Positions 9,220 through 19,410 of a stretch of 64,000 nucleotides of DNA are shown here, in pieces (the first letter of the stretch is position 1; every line of letters starts with the position of its first letter). Under the pieces are notes generated by a model. The model was given only the letters and a program-made list of their open reading frames with translations, had not been told where the DNA came from and made no database searches. The stretch is from Spirochaetia bacterium (GTDB taxonomy: Bacteria; Spirochaetota; Spirochaetia; SZUA-6; Bin103). A program made the translations under genes and the position numbers. The stretch is from assembly GCA_965199955.1 (NCBI GenBank), contig CBDATQ010000002.1:640001-704000 (forward strand), in the 5' to 3' direction.

Positions 9220-10590
9220 TCACGGAAGCTCGCCGGCGTAGCCCGCCTCCTGCAACTTGCTCAGTGCCTTGACTGCCCTGGAGGACTGCCGTTCAGTCGG
9301 AGGAGTCCTGCCCGCAGGATTGGCCGCTGCACCAAGCACTCCGGTTTCGGTGGGAGTCAGCAACCGCCGCTCAGTGCCCCATGCAAGCGCGGCAGCCCAG
9401 AACGCGGGCCCAGCGTTGACGACCGCGATCTGCGACTGGACGCTGTTGAGTTGCCGCTGCTCGCGACGTGCACTGCGAGCCGCGTCGCGGCGGTCATCGA
9501 TTGTGATCAGGCCGTCGAGAAATGGCAGGGGCCACGCAATGACGAGTTCGCTGACGCGATTCCAACAGGCCTGCTTCTTCGCCCACTCCGTCACGTTGCT
9601 GATACCCGGGGCTGGAGAGATCAAGACCGCATGCACCGATTCGGCCACGACGGTCAGGGCTGGCACCATGGCCGGCGGAAGTCCCTGCCGGTGCCAGATG
9701 TTCTGGAAGTCGACCGCGCGGCCAGCCTCTCTCGCATCGTGTGCCATCTTGGCGATCGCGTAGGCGACGATGTTGGCGCGATACCCGCCCTCGTACCACG
9801 ATTGCTCCGTGACGATTCGCTCGGTCGCCTTGAAGACGACGGCCTTGCCAACGGCTCCGCGGTACCACCCCTCGTTGAAGTCGTCCGGGGCGGTCTTCCA
9901 CCGCTGGCCGATGCGGCGCGCGAAGGCCGCGAAGTTCTTCTGCGCCCCGAGACTGACCTCGTAGGGGCGTTCCTCCCAGACGTTGACGAACTTCGCGAGG
10001 TCCGTCTTCGTGAAGAGTTGCCGGCGCGGGTTCTCCAGATCGAACTTCTTGCGCTGGGCCTGCGTGAGCCCTCCGCGAGCGTCTGCGTACTGGCCTCGCG
10101 CGCGCTCGTAGAACCACTTCGACTCTCGGAACGTGCCGTCGGGTGACGGCGCGTAGATCCGCCGGGAGAACTCCTCCATGCGAACGTGGAATGGATGATT
10201 GGCGAAGAAGTCGGCCGCGCTGACCCGGTTCTGGCTGTTGGCGAACTCGGATATCTTGGGCACCAGCCTGTTCGCCCGTTCCGGATCGACCACGGAGAGC
10301 TTCATCTGGACGAAGGTCTGCGACACGTCAACCTTGCGGCGTCGCGCCGAGTGAATCGACGCCGTCGTCTGGCCGCCGTTCACGATCTGGAAGTTCTTCA
10401 GTCGCCGCAGCAGCAGTCGGCCTCCGTCGTCCTCGATGTCGACCTCCTCGGCGGTAGCCGTGATGCCGTTGTTGTAGGCGAAGAACATGTTGGGCTGGTT
10501 CTCGATGGTCGCCCTGATCCCCTTGTTGATCTTGCCGCGATGCTGCAGGAAGACGCGCACGTTCTGTTCGAGAAGTCGTGTGCCCCACTG
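9220..10590 (-). pseudogene. AIPR family protein, 5'-truncated
   Basis: LLEQNVRVFLQ, FFAYNNGI, FQIVNGGQT, ANSQN, YERARGQY; sequence upstream of about 10590 is not AIPR-like and has no credible start. Confidence 0.85.
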
Positions 10591-10795
10591 ATCGCACTCG
10601 AACGGCGAGACGGCGCCGAAGCCGCCGGGACTGCCCACTGTCCCGTCTTCAGCGGGGGCATCGCCGCAACGGGGGCGCGCGGACCAGTCGAGACCAGTTC
10701 GTCGTCGCAGGATCCCGTGGAGTCGCATCGCATCCAGGATCTCTCGTGTAGCCTGTTGTCTGCGGTGCCCCTCCGAGGGCGGTGCAGGAACGAAG

Positions 10796-11272
10796 ATGGC
10801 GGATATCGTGGACCGCGCAACTCGCTCGCGCATGATGGCGGGGATCGGAAGCAGGAACACGCGACCCGAACTCGCCCTTCGGCGAGCCATCCACGCCCGG
10901 GGACTTCGATTCCGTCTGCACGACCGGAGACTCCCCGGAACCCCGGATCTCGTGTTTCGCCGATTCGGCGCCGTGTGCCTGGTCCACGGGTGCTTCTGGC
11001 ACCGGCACGCCGGCTGTCGGTACGCGACGACACCATCCACGCGCCGGGGATTCTGGCGAGCCAAGTTCGATGCCAACGTCGAACGGGACCGCCGCAATCG
11101 AGACGACCTGTTCCTGGACGGTTGGCGAGTCGCGACGGTCTGGGAATGCGCCTTGCGCACGGAGGCTAACGTGGAGGTCGTCGCGCAGCAACTGGAACAC
11201 TGGCTGCGTGGAGACGCCCAGGAATACCACACCGACCCGCCCCCTTCACCACGAAGTACCAACTCGCGTTGA
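10796..11272 (+). CDS. vsr: Very short patch repair endonuclease
   Basis: RSRMMAGIGSRNTRPE, LPGTPDLVF, VHGCFWHRH, GWRVATVWEC. Confidence 0.95.
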   Translation: MADIVDRATRSRMMAGIGSRNTRPELALRRAIHARGLRFRLHDRRLPGTPDLVFRRFGAVCLVHGCFWHRHAGCRYATTPSTRRGFWRAKFDANVERDRRNRDDLFLDGWRVATVWECALRTEANVEVVAQQLEHWLRGDAQEYHTDPPPSPRSTNSR

Positions 11273-11308
11273 CGCGATCAGAACCGCACCGGATGAGCGT
11301 GGAGCGGT

Positions 11309-11751
11309 TCACTCCGGCAACGTGTCCAGCCCGACACCGACGGCCGCGTCGCGAAGCCGACGATCGAACGTGTCGAAGAGCGTATCCGACCGAGAACGGC
11401 GACCGTCTCCTTGCACGTAAGCGCAGTGGCAAGTTGAATCGCATCGTACGCCCGTAGCCCGTGGTCCCAAGCCAAGGGATCGGCACGCGCCACGAGCGCG
11501 TCAGTGACAGGCATTCTCCAGAAATCCGGCCACTCGTCCAGAAATCTGCGGTGTGCGCGCCGCCCACCATCGTCGTCAAGGACGCGACGACGCACGGCCT
11601 GCCGATCGCGGCCGCCACTTCTGTGCGTGTGACGAGCGACGTCACGACGGCGTCCGCCCTTGCGATCGCGGCGATGTCCTCGTCGGAACCCGTTTCCGCC
11701 ACGTAGCACTTTACGAGTGCGCTGGTGTCCAGGTATAGGCAAGGTCGTCAC
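11309..11751 (-). pseudogene. vapC: VapC PIN-domain toxin with several frameshifts
   Basis: LYLDTSALVKCYV, LRAYDAIQLATAL and FDTFDRRLRDAAVGVGL lie in different frames. Confidence 0.85.
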
Positions 11752-12023
11752 CCGCGGTTCTCGATGGCAATCTCACTCACGCTGCCTGTGCCGCGCACGC
11801 GAACATCCGGTTTCGTCACGCGCAGCCGATGTCCGCTCCACAGGAACGCACCGGTCGCTCTCAACGCTGCGAGCCGCTCTTCGTTCGAGTCCGTCTCGGG
11901 CACTATGCGTGCCACTTGACGCCCGTGGTCGGTGACTACAACAGTGACCCCGCCCTGCACGTCCCGGATGTACTCACTCAGCCTGGACTCTAGATCGCGA
12001 ATGCCGACACGTCGTTCTCGCAT
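11748..12023 (-). CDS. Phd/YefM family antitoxin
   Basis: VGIRDLESRLSEYIRDVQGGVTVVVTDHGRQVARIVP; GTGA overlap with vapC. Confidence 0.88.
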   Translation of the reverse strand: MRERRVGIRDLESRLSEYIRDVQGGVTVVVTDHGRQVARIVPETDSNEERLAALRATGAFLWSGHRLRVTKPDVRVRGTGSVSEIAIENRG

Positions 12024-12297
12024 GTTCAGACCATCTGGCTGGCGTGCTTGTTCACGCGCGTTCTCGTCCCAGCTGACGCCACGACCATCGACGAGGATCA
12101 TATTTCCGATTCTCGCGCCCGCATCGTCGAGTCGCCGCATCGGTCAGGCCATGATCCGGGGTCAGTGGCGTGCACGTCGATCGCGCATCCGGATTGGCCG
12201 GCCAACCCCCTCGTCGGATGGGCCAGAACGGGCTCATTCCGGCACCCTCCGAGCCGGCCACGTCCCGCCCGTGGAGATCATCGGGCATAGTACACAA

Positions 12298-12988
12298 GTG
12301 GACATTATCGGCAAGCGCCTCCACGAGACCCGCAAGCTCGAGATCTCACCCAGTTGCAGCTCGCGCACCGCGTCGGCATCGAGCGGCACCTGGTCTCATG
12401 GTCGAGAACGGCAAGTCCGGCCTGTCGCCGGCCAACCTGTCGGCCGCCGCACAGGCTCTGCGCGTCTCCGTCGACTACCTGTTCGGGCTCACCGACGATC
12501 CCACGCCAGCCGCCCAGCTCGCCTCGCGGGTCCGGGCGCTCGAAGATGACAGCGCCCGCGCCGGGGCGCTCGACGAGGGCGACTTCGTCGGCGTCCGGGA
12601 GGTCGCCACCGCCGCGGGCGGCGGAGCCGAGGTCGACCTCGAACGGGTCATCGGCCACATCAAGTTCCGCCGGGCGTGGCTCTCAAGCCACGGCCTCGCC
12701 GCCAGCGACTGCCGCATCATCCAGGTGCTCGGCGAGTCGATGGAGCCCACCTTGGTCGACGGCTGCTCGATCCTCGTCAACCACGCTAGCCGAAGGCGAC
12801 GCGAAGGCGGCATCTACGTTGTCCGCACCGCCGACGGCCTGATCGTCAAGCGCGCAGGCAAGGAAGCGGACGGGAGCTGGCAGCTCGTCAGCGACAACCC
12901 CGACAAGCGCGCTTGGCCGACGCAGCCTTGGCCCGACGACGCGGCCGTGCTCGGCGAGGTCCGCTGGACCGCGCGGACGTTTCTGTGA
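12298..12988 (+). pseudogene. XRE-HTH + S24 peptidase (phage CI/LexA-like repressor), HTH frameshifted
   Basis: HTH split over three frames (DIIGKRLHETRKL / DLTQLQLAHRVGIERHLVS / MVENGKSGLS); intact S24 region VLGESMEP...LIVKR...LVSDNP. Confidence 0.8.
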
Positions 12989-12999
12989 GGAGAGAGTCC

Positions 13000-13368
13000 A
13001 TGGAACCGATCGTCAGTGAGATCGAAGGCGTCCGGCCCGATGCTGCGGAAAGGGCGCTGGCCGTGCCGGTGGCGAACCTCCGGCAGGACGGGGAGCGGGG
13101 AGCATCGAAGGCCGGCGCCGGCAAGCCGGCCGCCCGCCGCCGCGCGCGGGTCGCCGAAGGCATCTACAAGGACCGGCACGGGCTGGCCGCCACCGTCAAG
13201 GTCAACGGCGTGCATCGCGAGGTCCGCTTCCCGCCCGGCACCGCTTCCGGCGCGCTGGCCCTGATGCGGCGCCGCAAGCCGTTCGTGTTTGACGGCACGC
13301 AGGTCACGGTGGAGGAGGCCAAGAGGCTGTGGGCGGAGGAGAAAGCGCGGGAGAAGCAATCCCGCTGA
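13000..13368 (+). CDS. Hypothetical protein, possibly a phage/integrase N-terminal remnant
   Basis: RBS GAGGAG; RVAEGIYKDRHGLAATVKVNGVHREVRFPPGT resembles integrase arm-type N-termini; no catalytic domain follows. Confidence 0.4.
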   Translation: MEPIVSEIEGVRPDAAERALAVPVANLRQDGERGASKAGAGKPAARRRARVAEGIYKDRHGLAATVKVNGVHREVRFPPGTASGALALMRRRKPFVFDGTQVTVEEAKRLWAEEKAREKQSR

Positions 13369-13405
13369 CCGTCGCCCGGGCCTGCCGGCCGTGCTACGGT
13401 GCGGC

Positions 13406-14698
13406 ATGTCTCAAGCGGAGCTACTGAAGCGTGCCGGGCGCATCTTCGTCGGCGGCACCATGGGAGAGTTTCACCTGCCGGAGGACGCCTCCATGGTGTT
13501 CGTTCGTGCGCAGGGCAGCAAGCTCTACGACGCGGACGGGCGCGAGTACGTCGACTTCCTGAACGGCAGCGGGCCGATGATCCTCGGCCACTGCCACCCG
13601 GCGGTGGTGGCCGCGGTGACCGAGCAAGTGCAGCGCGGCACCACCTACTTCGGCGTCAACCGGAAGGTCATCGAGCTGGGCGAGCGCATCGTCGATGCCT
13701 CGCCATGCGGGGAGAAGATCCGTTTCGTGGCCACCGGCTCCGACGCCGTCACTTTCGCCGTGCGCATGGCGCGCGCCTTCACCGGGCGCAGGCGTGTCCT
13801 GCGCTTCGAGGGCGGCTGGCATGGCGTCAGCGACTTCGCCCTGCACGGCGCCAAGCCGCTTGCGCCCAGCGCGTATCCGCGCGCCACGCCGGACGCCGCC
13901 GGCCTGCCGAAGGCGATGCCCGACGACCTGCTGCTGTCGCCGTTCAACGACCCGGAGATGGCGCGCCAGCTGATCGAGCGGCACGCCGAAGACCTGGCCG
14001 CGGTCTGCGTGGAGCCGCTGCAGCGCTGCATCCGCCCCAAGCCGCCCTTCCTCGAGACCCTGCGCGAGCTCACCGCCAGACACGGCATCATGCTCATCTT
14101 CGACGAGGTGGTGACCGGCTTCCGCATCGCCTGGGGCGGCGCGCAGGAGCGCTACGGCGTGGTGCCGGACCTGGCCGCCTACGGCAAGACGATCTCCGGC
14201 GGCCATCCCAACGCCGCGGTCTGCGGCCGCGCCGACGTGCTGGAGACCGTCAATCCGTGGCGGGCGCTCGACGACCCGCAGCGCACCTTCGTCTCCGGGA
14301 CCTTCAACGGCAACCCGCTCTCGGCCGCGGCCGGCCTGGCCACGCTGAACGTGCTGGCCGAGCCCGGCACCTACGAGCGGCTCGACGCGATAGCCGACCG
14401 CATCCGTGCCGAGGTCGTTTCGATGGGGCGCGAGTTCTCCATCCCCCTGCTGGTCGGCGGCGACGGGCCGGTGCTACAGGTGCTGTTCACGGAGGCGGAC
14501 GAGATCGTCAACTACGAGAGCATGCTGTACGCCGACAAGGAGCGTGCGTTCCGCTTCGGCGTCGGCATGATCAGGCGAGGCTTCTTCGTCAGCCCGTACG
14601 AGAAGATCTACCTGTCGACGGCCCACACCGACGAGGACCTGGACCGGGCGCTCACGGCCATGCGGGAGGTGCTGAAGGAGCTGCCTGCGGCGGCATGA
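13406..14698 (+). CDS. Class III PLP aminotransferase (glutamate-1-semialdehyde aminomutase-like)
   Basis: DADGREYVDF, GPMILGH, FDEVVTGFR, YGKTISGG, GTFNGNP. Confidence 0.92.
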   Translation: MSQAELLKRAGRIFVGGTMGEFHLPEDASMVFVRAQGSKLYDADGREYVDFLNGSGPMILGHCHPAVVAAVTEQVQRGTTYFGVNRKVIELGERIVDASPCGEKIRFVATGSDAVTFAVRMARAFTGRRRVLRFEGGWHGVSDFALHGAKPLAPSAYPRATPDAAGLPKAMPDDLLLSPFNDPEMARQLIERHAEDLAAVCVEPLQRCIRPKPPFLETLRELTARHGIMLIFDEVVTGFRIAWGGAQERYGVVPDLAAYGKTISGGHPNAAVCGRADVLETVNPWRALDDPQRTFVSGTFNGNPLSAAAGLATLNVLAEPGTYERLDAIADRIRAEVVSMGREFSIPLLVGGDGPVLQVLFTEADEIVNYESMLYADKERAFRFGVGMIRRGFFVSPYEKIYLSTAHTDEDLDRALTAMREVLKELPAAA

Positions 14699-14719
14699 AG
14701 GCGGTCGTCAAGACGCGCC

Positions 14720-15191
14720 CGGAGCCGGGCACCACCAGCAGGCCGCCGTCGCCCGGGTGGACGTCGCTGAGGTACGGGAACACCACGGTGTGGTCGCAGA
14801 AGATGCGGGCGTCCCGTACCTCGTAGCGGATCGCGTCCCAGCCGAAGTCGTCGCGGGCGCAGTGCAGCCGCATGGCCTCTGATGCGCCTTCCGAGGCGTC
14901 GTCGACCTGCAGCGTCCCGCTGGCCAGCCGCGGGCGCCCGCGCGTCAGCTCCGTGACGATGGGCCAAGTCGACGGATGGAGGGCCAGCCGCTCCAGCGCT
15001 GGGTCGAACGCGAAGCCGTTCAGGTAGCGCTTGCCGTCGACGCGGAAGCCGTCCGGCAACTGCTCGGGAGGGGTGGCTACGTAGCGCTCGGCCGCCGCCC
15101 GCGCCGCGGCCAACTCCTCGGCGGAGAGCTCGTTCCTCACGAGCAGATAGCCGTGCAGGTCGAACAGGTAGCGCTGCTCGGGCGTCATCAT
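14720..15191 (-). pseudogene. PhyH-family Fe(II)/2OG enzyme, 3'-truncated
   Basis: MTPEQRYLFDLHGYL...LHCARDD...GDGGLLVVPGS, then an abrupt end before the distal His. Confidence 0.8.
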
Positions 15192-15257
15192 GGCGATCGT
15201 TCCTCCGGCACTAGCCGGTGGGCCGCCGGCGGCGCCGTCGCGACCCCTATGGAGGTG

Positions 15258-16109
15258 CTAACCGGCCGCGGCGGTGAGCGCGCGGCGCACGAACACCTTG
15301 GCCAGGTGGCGCCGGTAGTCCTCGTCCGCGAACATGTCGGAGAGCAGCTCCCGTCCGTCGGCCGCCTTGGCCGATGCCGCCTCGATCGTGGCGGCATCGA
15401 GCGTCGCCCCTTGCAGGGCGGCCTCCACGCCAGCGTCCCGGAACGCGGCGGCGGCGACGCCGTTGAGCGCCACGCGCGCGCTCGTGCAGCGGCCGCCGTC
15501 GGTGGCGACCGCCACGGCCGCCCCGCACACCGCGAACCGTGAGGCGGGGTGCGGGAACTTCTGGTAGCTCGATCCGGCGCCGCCCTGGTCGGGCACCTCC
15601 ACGGCGGTGACGATCTCGCCTTCCTCCAGCGCGGTGGCGTACAGATCGACGAAGAAGTCGGCCGCGGCGATCTGCCGGCTGCCACTTGAGCCGCGCACGT
15701 GGATAACGGCGTCGGACGCCAACAGCGCGGCCGGGTAGTCGGCCGCCGGGTCGGCGTGCGCGACGCTGCCGCCGATGGTGCCCTTGTTGCGTACCTGCAC
15801 GTCGCCGATGACGGCGGCGGCCGCGGCGACCAGCGGCGCCCGCGCTCCGACCAGGTCGCAGCCGGTGATCCGCTCATGGGTGGCAGCGGCGCCGATGCAC
15901 ACGCCGCCACCGCTCTCCTTGATGGCGGACAGCTCGTCGATGCGGCTGATGTCGATCAGGGTGCCGGGCCGGTCGAGCCGCAGCTTCATGGCCGGCAGCA
16001 GGCTGTGTCCGCCGGCGAGCAGGCGGGCGTCGCCGTCGGCTTCGCCCAGCAGCTGCAGCGCCTCGTCGACCGATCCTGCGCGTCGATACGCGAATGTCGC
16101 GGGAATCAC
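15258..16109 (-). CDS. coxM: CoxM-like FAD-binding subunit (xanthine dehydrogenase family)
   Basis: LLAGGHSLLPAMKLR, QVRNKGTIGGS, ADPAAD; GTG start overlapping the coxL stop. Confidence 0.92.
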   Translation of the reverse strand: MIPATFAYRRAGSVDEALQLLGEADGDARLLAGGHSLLPAMKLRLDRPGTLIDISRIDELSAIKESGGGVCIGAAATHERITGCDLVGARAPLVAAAAAVIGDVQVRNKGTIGGSVAHADPAADYPAALLASDAVIHVRGSSGSRQIAAADFFVDLYATALEEGEIVTAVEVPDQGGAGSSYQKFPHPASRFAVCGAAVAVATDGGRCTSARVALNGVAAAAFRDAGVEAALQGATLDAATIEAASAKAADGRELLSDMFADEDYRRHLAKVFVRRALTAAAG

Positions 16110-18484
16110 GTGGTACCTCCGTTGGCGTTCATGGCGCGCCAGACCCGTTGCGGGGTGAGCGGCATCTGCAGGTCCCGAACGCCCAGATGCCAGAGTGCGT
16201 CGACGGCGGCGTTCACGACCGCCGGCGTGGAGCCGATCGTGCCGGTCTCGCCGGCGCCCTTGACGCCGAGCGGATTGATCGGACATCGCGTCTCGGTGCG
16301 GTCCACCTCGTACGAGGGAACGTCGTCGGCCCTCGGCATCGCGTAGTCCATGTAGGAGCCGGTCAGCAACTGGCCGGCGTCGTCGTAGGCGGCGCCCTCC
16401 AACAGCGCCTGGCCGACGCCCTGGGTGATGCCGCCGTGCACCTGACCGTCGACGATCAGCGGGTTGATCACCCGGCCGACGTCATCGACCGCCACGAAGC
16501 GCTTGAGCTTCACCTGGCCGGTGTCGGCATCGACCTTGACGACGGCGATGTGCGTCCCGAACGGGAAGGTGAAGTTCTCGGGGTCGAAGAACGAGGTGAA
16601 CTCCAGCCCCGGCTCCACGCCGTCCGGATAGTTGTGCACGGTGTAGGCCTGCGCGGCCACCTCCTGGAAGCTCATGCCGCGGTCGGTGCCGCGCACCTTC
16701 CAGCCGCCGTCCACATACTCCAGGTCCTCGGGCGACGCCTCGATCAGGTGGGCGGCGATCTGCGCCCCCTTCTCCTTGATCTTGCCCAGGCTCACGTGGA
16801 TGGCGCTGCCGCCCACGGCGATACTGCGCGAGCCGGCGGTGCCGTTGCCCATCGGGATCATGTCGGTGTCGCCGTGCACGATCTCGACGTCCTCCATGGG
16901 GACGCCCAGCTCGTCGGCGACCACCTGCGCGAAGGTGGTGACGTGGCCCTGTCCGTGCGAGTGGGTGCCGGTGAACACCGTCACCTTGCCCGAGGGCTGC
17001 ACGCGCACGGTCGAGCTCTCGTAGAAGCCGCCGCGCGCGCCGAGGGCGCCGGCGACCTTGGACGGCGCCACGCCGCACGCCTCGATGTAGCTGGAGAAGC
17101 CGACGCCGAGCAGTTTTCCTTCGGTCCGCGCGGCCGTCTGCCTTGCGCGGAACGCCGGCAGGTCGAACACCTCCAGCGCCCGGTCCATGGCCCCGCCGTA
17201 GTTACCGCTGTCGTAGACCATCGCCACCTGCGTCTCGTAGCCGGGCTCGGTGACGCCGTCGAACGGCGGTATGAAATTCCTGCGGCGGATCTCCGCGGGG
17301 TCGACGCCGGTCTCATGAGCGGCGGTGTCGACCAGCCGCTCCAGCAGGTAGGTCGCCTCCGGCCGGCCGGCGCCGCGGTAGGCGTCCACCGGGGTGGTGT
17401 TGGTGAAGGCCGCGGTGACCTCGACGTGGACGGCCGGCGTCGTGTACTGGCCCTGCAGCAGCGTCCCGTACAGGTAGGTCGGGATCGCAGACGCCACCAG
17501 CGACAGGTATGCGCCCATGTTCGCCTGCGTGCGCACCCGCAACCCCGTGAACTTCCCCTCGGCATCGAGCGCCAGGTCGGCCGTGGTGACGTGGTCGCGT
17601 CCGTGCGCGTCGGTCATGAAGCTCTCGGTGCGGGAGGCCGTCCACTTCACCGGCCGGCCGATCCTGCGGGCGGCCCAGGTAACGGCCGCCTCTTCCGGGT
17701 AGTGGAAGATCTTGCTGCCGAAGCCGCCGCCGACATCCGGGCCGACCACGCGCAGCTTGTGCTCGGGAAGCCCCAGCACGCCGCCCATGACCGCGCGGAT
17801 CGTGTGCGGGTTCTGCGTCGACGTGTACAGCGTGGAGCGGCCCGAGGCCGCATCGAAGTCGGCCAGCGTAGCCCGCGGTTCGATGGCGTTGGGGATGAGC
17901 CGCTGGTTGATGAACTCCAGGGTGGTGAGATGGGCGGCGTTCGCGCAGGCCGCGTCGGTGGCCTCGCGGTCGCCAAGGTCCCAGATGAAGGCGAGGTTGC
18001 CCTGCGCCTCCGCGTGGATCTGCGTCGCCCCTTCGGCGATCGCCTCCGGAACGGACGCCACGGCCGGCAGCTCGCGGTAGCTCACGTCGACCAGCTCGGC
18101 GGCGTCCTGCGCCTGCTCCAGGGTCTCGGCGATCACGCAGGCGACTCCGTCGCCGACGTAGCGCACCGTGTCGGAAGCCAGCACCGGGTGCGGCGGCTCG
18201 TTCATGGGCTCGCCGGTGTTGAAGTCGACCTGCCACGCGCACGGCAGGCCGCCGAGGCCGTCAGCTTCCACGTCCGCGCCCGTGAGCACCGCGACCACGC
18301 CCGGGGCCGCGGATGCCGCTGCCGTGTCGACGCCTTCGATCGCGGCATGCGCGTGCGGGCTGCGCACGAACGCGCAGTACGTCATGCCGGGAAGCTGTAT
18401 GTCGTCCGTGTAGCGGCCGGCGCCGGTGATGAACTTCTGGTCCTCGACGCGCCGGACCGGTTTGCCGATCTGTGCCGTAGCCAT
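16106..18484 (-). CDS. coxL: CoxL-like molybdopterin-binding subunit, form II
   Basis: [28 protein letters not shown]. Confidence 0.93.
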   Translation of the reverse strand: MATAQIGKPVRRVEDQKFITGAGRYTDDIQLPGMTYCAFVRSPHAHAAIEGVDTAAASAAPGVVAVLTGADVEADGLGGLPCAWQVDFNTGEPMNEPPHPVLASDTVRYVGDGVACVIAETLEQAQDAAELVDVSYRELPAVASVPEAIAEGATQIHAEAQGNLAFIWDLGDREATDAACANAAHLTTLEFINQRLIPNAIEPRATLADFDAASGRSTLYTSTQNPHTIRAVMGGVLGLPEHKLRVVGPDVGGGFGSKIFHYPEEAAVTWAARRIGRPVKWTASRTESFMTDAHGRDHVTTADLALDAEGKFTGLRVRTQANMGAYLSLVASAIPTYLYGTLLQGQYTTPAVHVEVTAAFTNTTPVDAYRGAGRPEATYLLERLVDTAAHETGVDPAEIRRRNFIPPFDGVTEPGYETQVAMVYDSGNYGGAMDRALEVFDLPAFRARQTAARTEGKLLGVGFSSYIEACGVAPSKVAGALGARGGFYESSTVRVQPSGKVTVFTGTHSHGQGHVTTFAQVVADELGVPMEDVEIVHGDTDMIPMGNGTAGSRSIAVGGSAIHVSLGKIKEKGAQIAAHLIEASPEDLEYVDGGWKVRGTDRGMSFQEVAAQAYTVHNYPDGVEPGLEFTSFFDPENFTFPFGTHIAVVKVDADTGQVKLKRFVAVDDVGRVINPLIVDGQVHGGITQGVGQALLEGAAYDDAGQLLTGSYMDYAMPRADDVPSYEVDRTETRCPINPLGVKGAGETGTIGSTPAVVNAAVDALWHLGVRDLQMPLTPQRVWRAMNANGGTT

Positions 18485-18493
18485 GACCGCCTC

Positions 18494-18961
<468 letters not shown>

Positions 18962-19410
18962 CGCGTTTACTCCCTCACTCCGGTGGCGTGCCCGGAGTCG
19001 GAGTCCGGAAGCCGGTACGCTCACCTGCCGTCAATGATCGTCCGCAAACGCGCGGCGTCAAGTAGTCTAGGAACATCCGGGATCGGCGGAGTCATTTTCG
19101 GGCAGTTATGGAGGTCGCGAGATCCAACCGGAGGATGCGGAACCAACCCATCTTCGGACACCGAGGCGGCGAAGGGAGGAGAATATATCTTATAATATAA
19201 TGTTAATGAAGATTAATTAACAGACAGCATTGAGACGCTTCGCGTCCGGCGCGAGCGGGTTGGGCGGGACCTGAGTCGCCTGGAGTTCGGGTGGCGATCG
19301 ACGGCTGACGATGTTGCGCGGCGCGTCCACGACGCTCAGGACCGTTCGGCAGCCGTGTCCCGGTGCCGCGGCCACGAGCCTGCGGCCCGAGTTCGCCGCG
19401 TCAGGGCGAC

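Noticed and set aside
9220..11262. 680-aa full-length AIPR ORF
   Set aside because: Its first ~220 residues are the antisense of vsr and intergenic DNA, not AIPR sequence
13406..14698. Assignment as hemL
   Set aside because: Family motifs are present but there is no tetrapyrrole context and it was coupled to a dehydrogenase start, so no symbol was given
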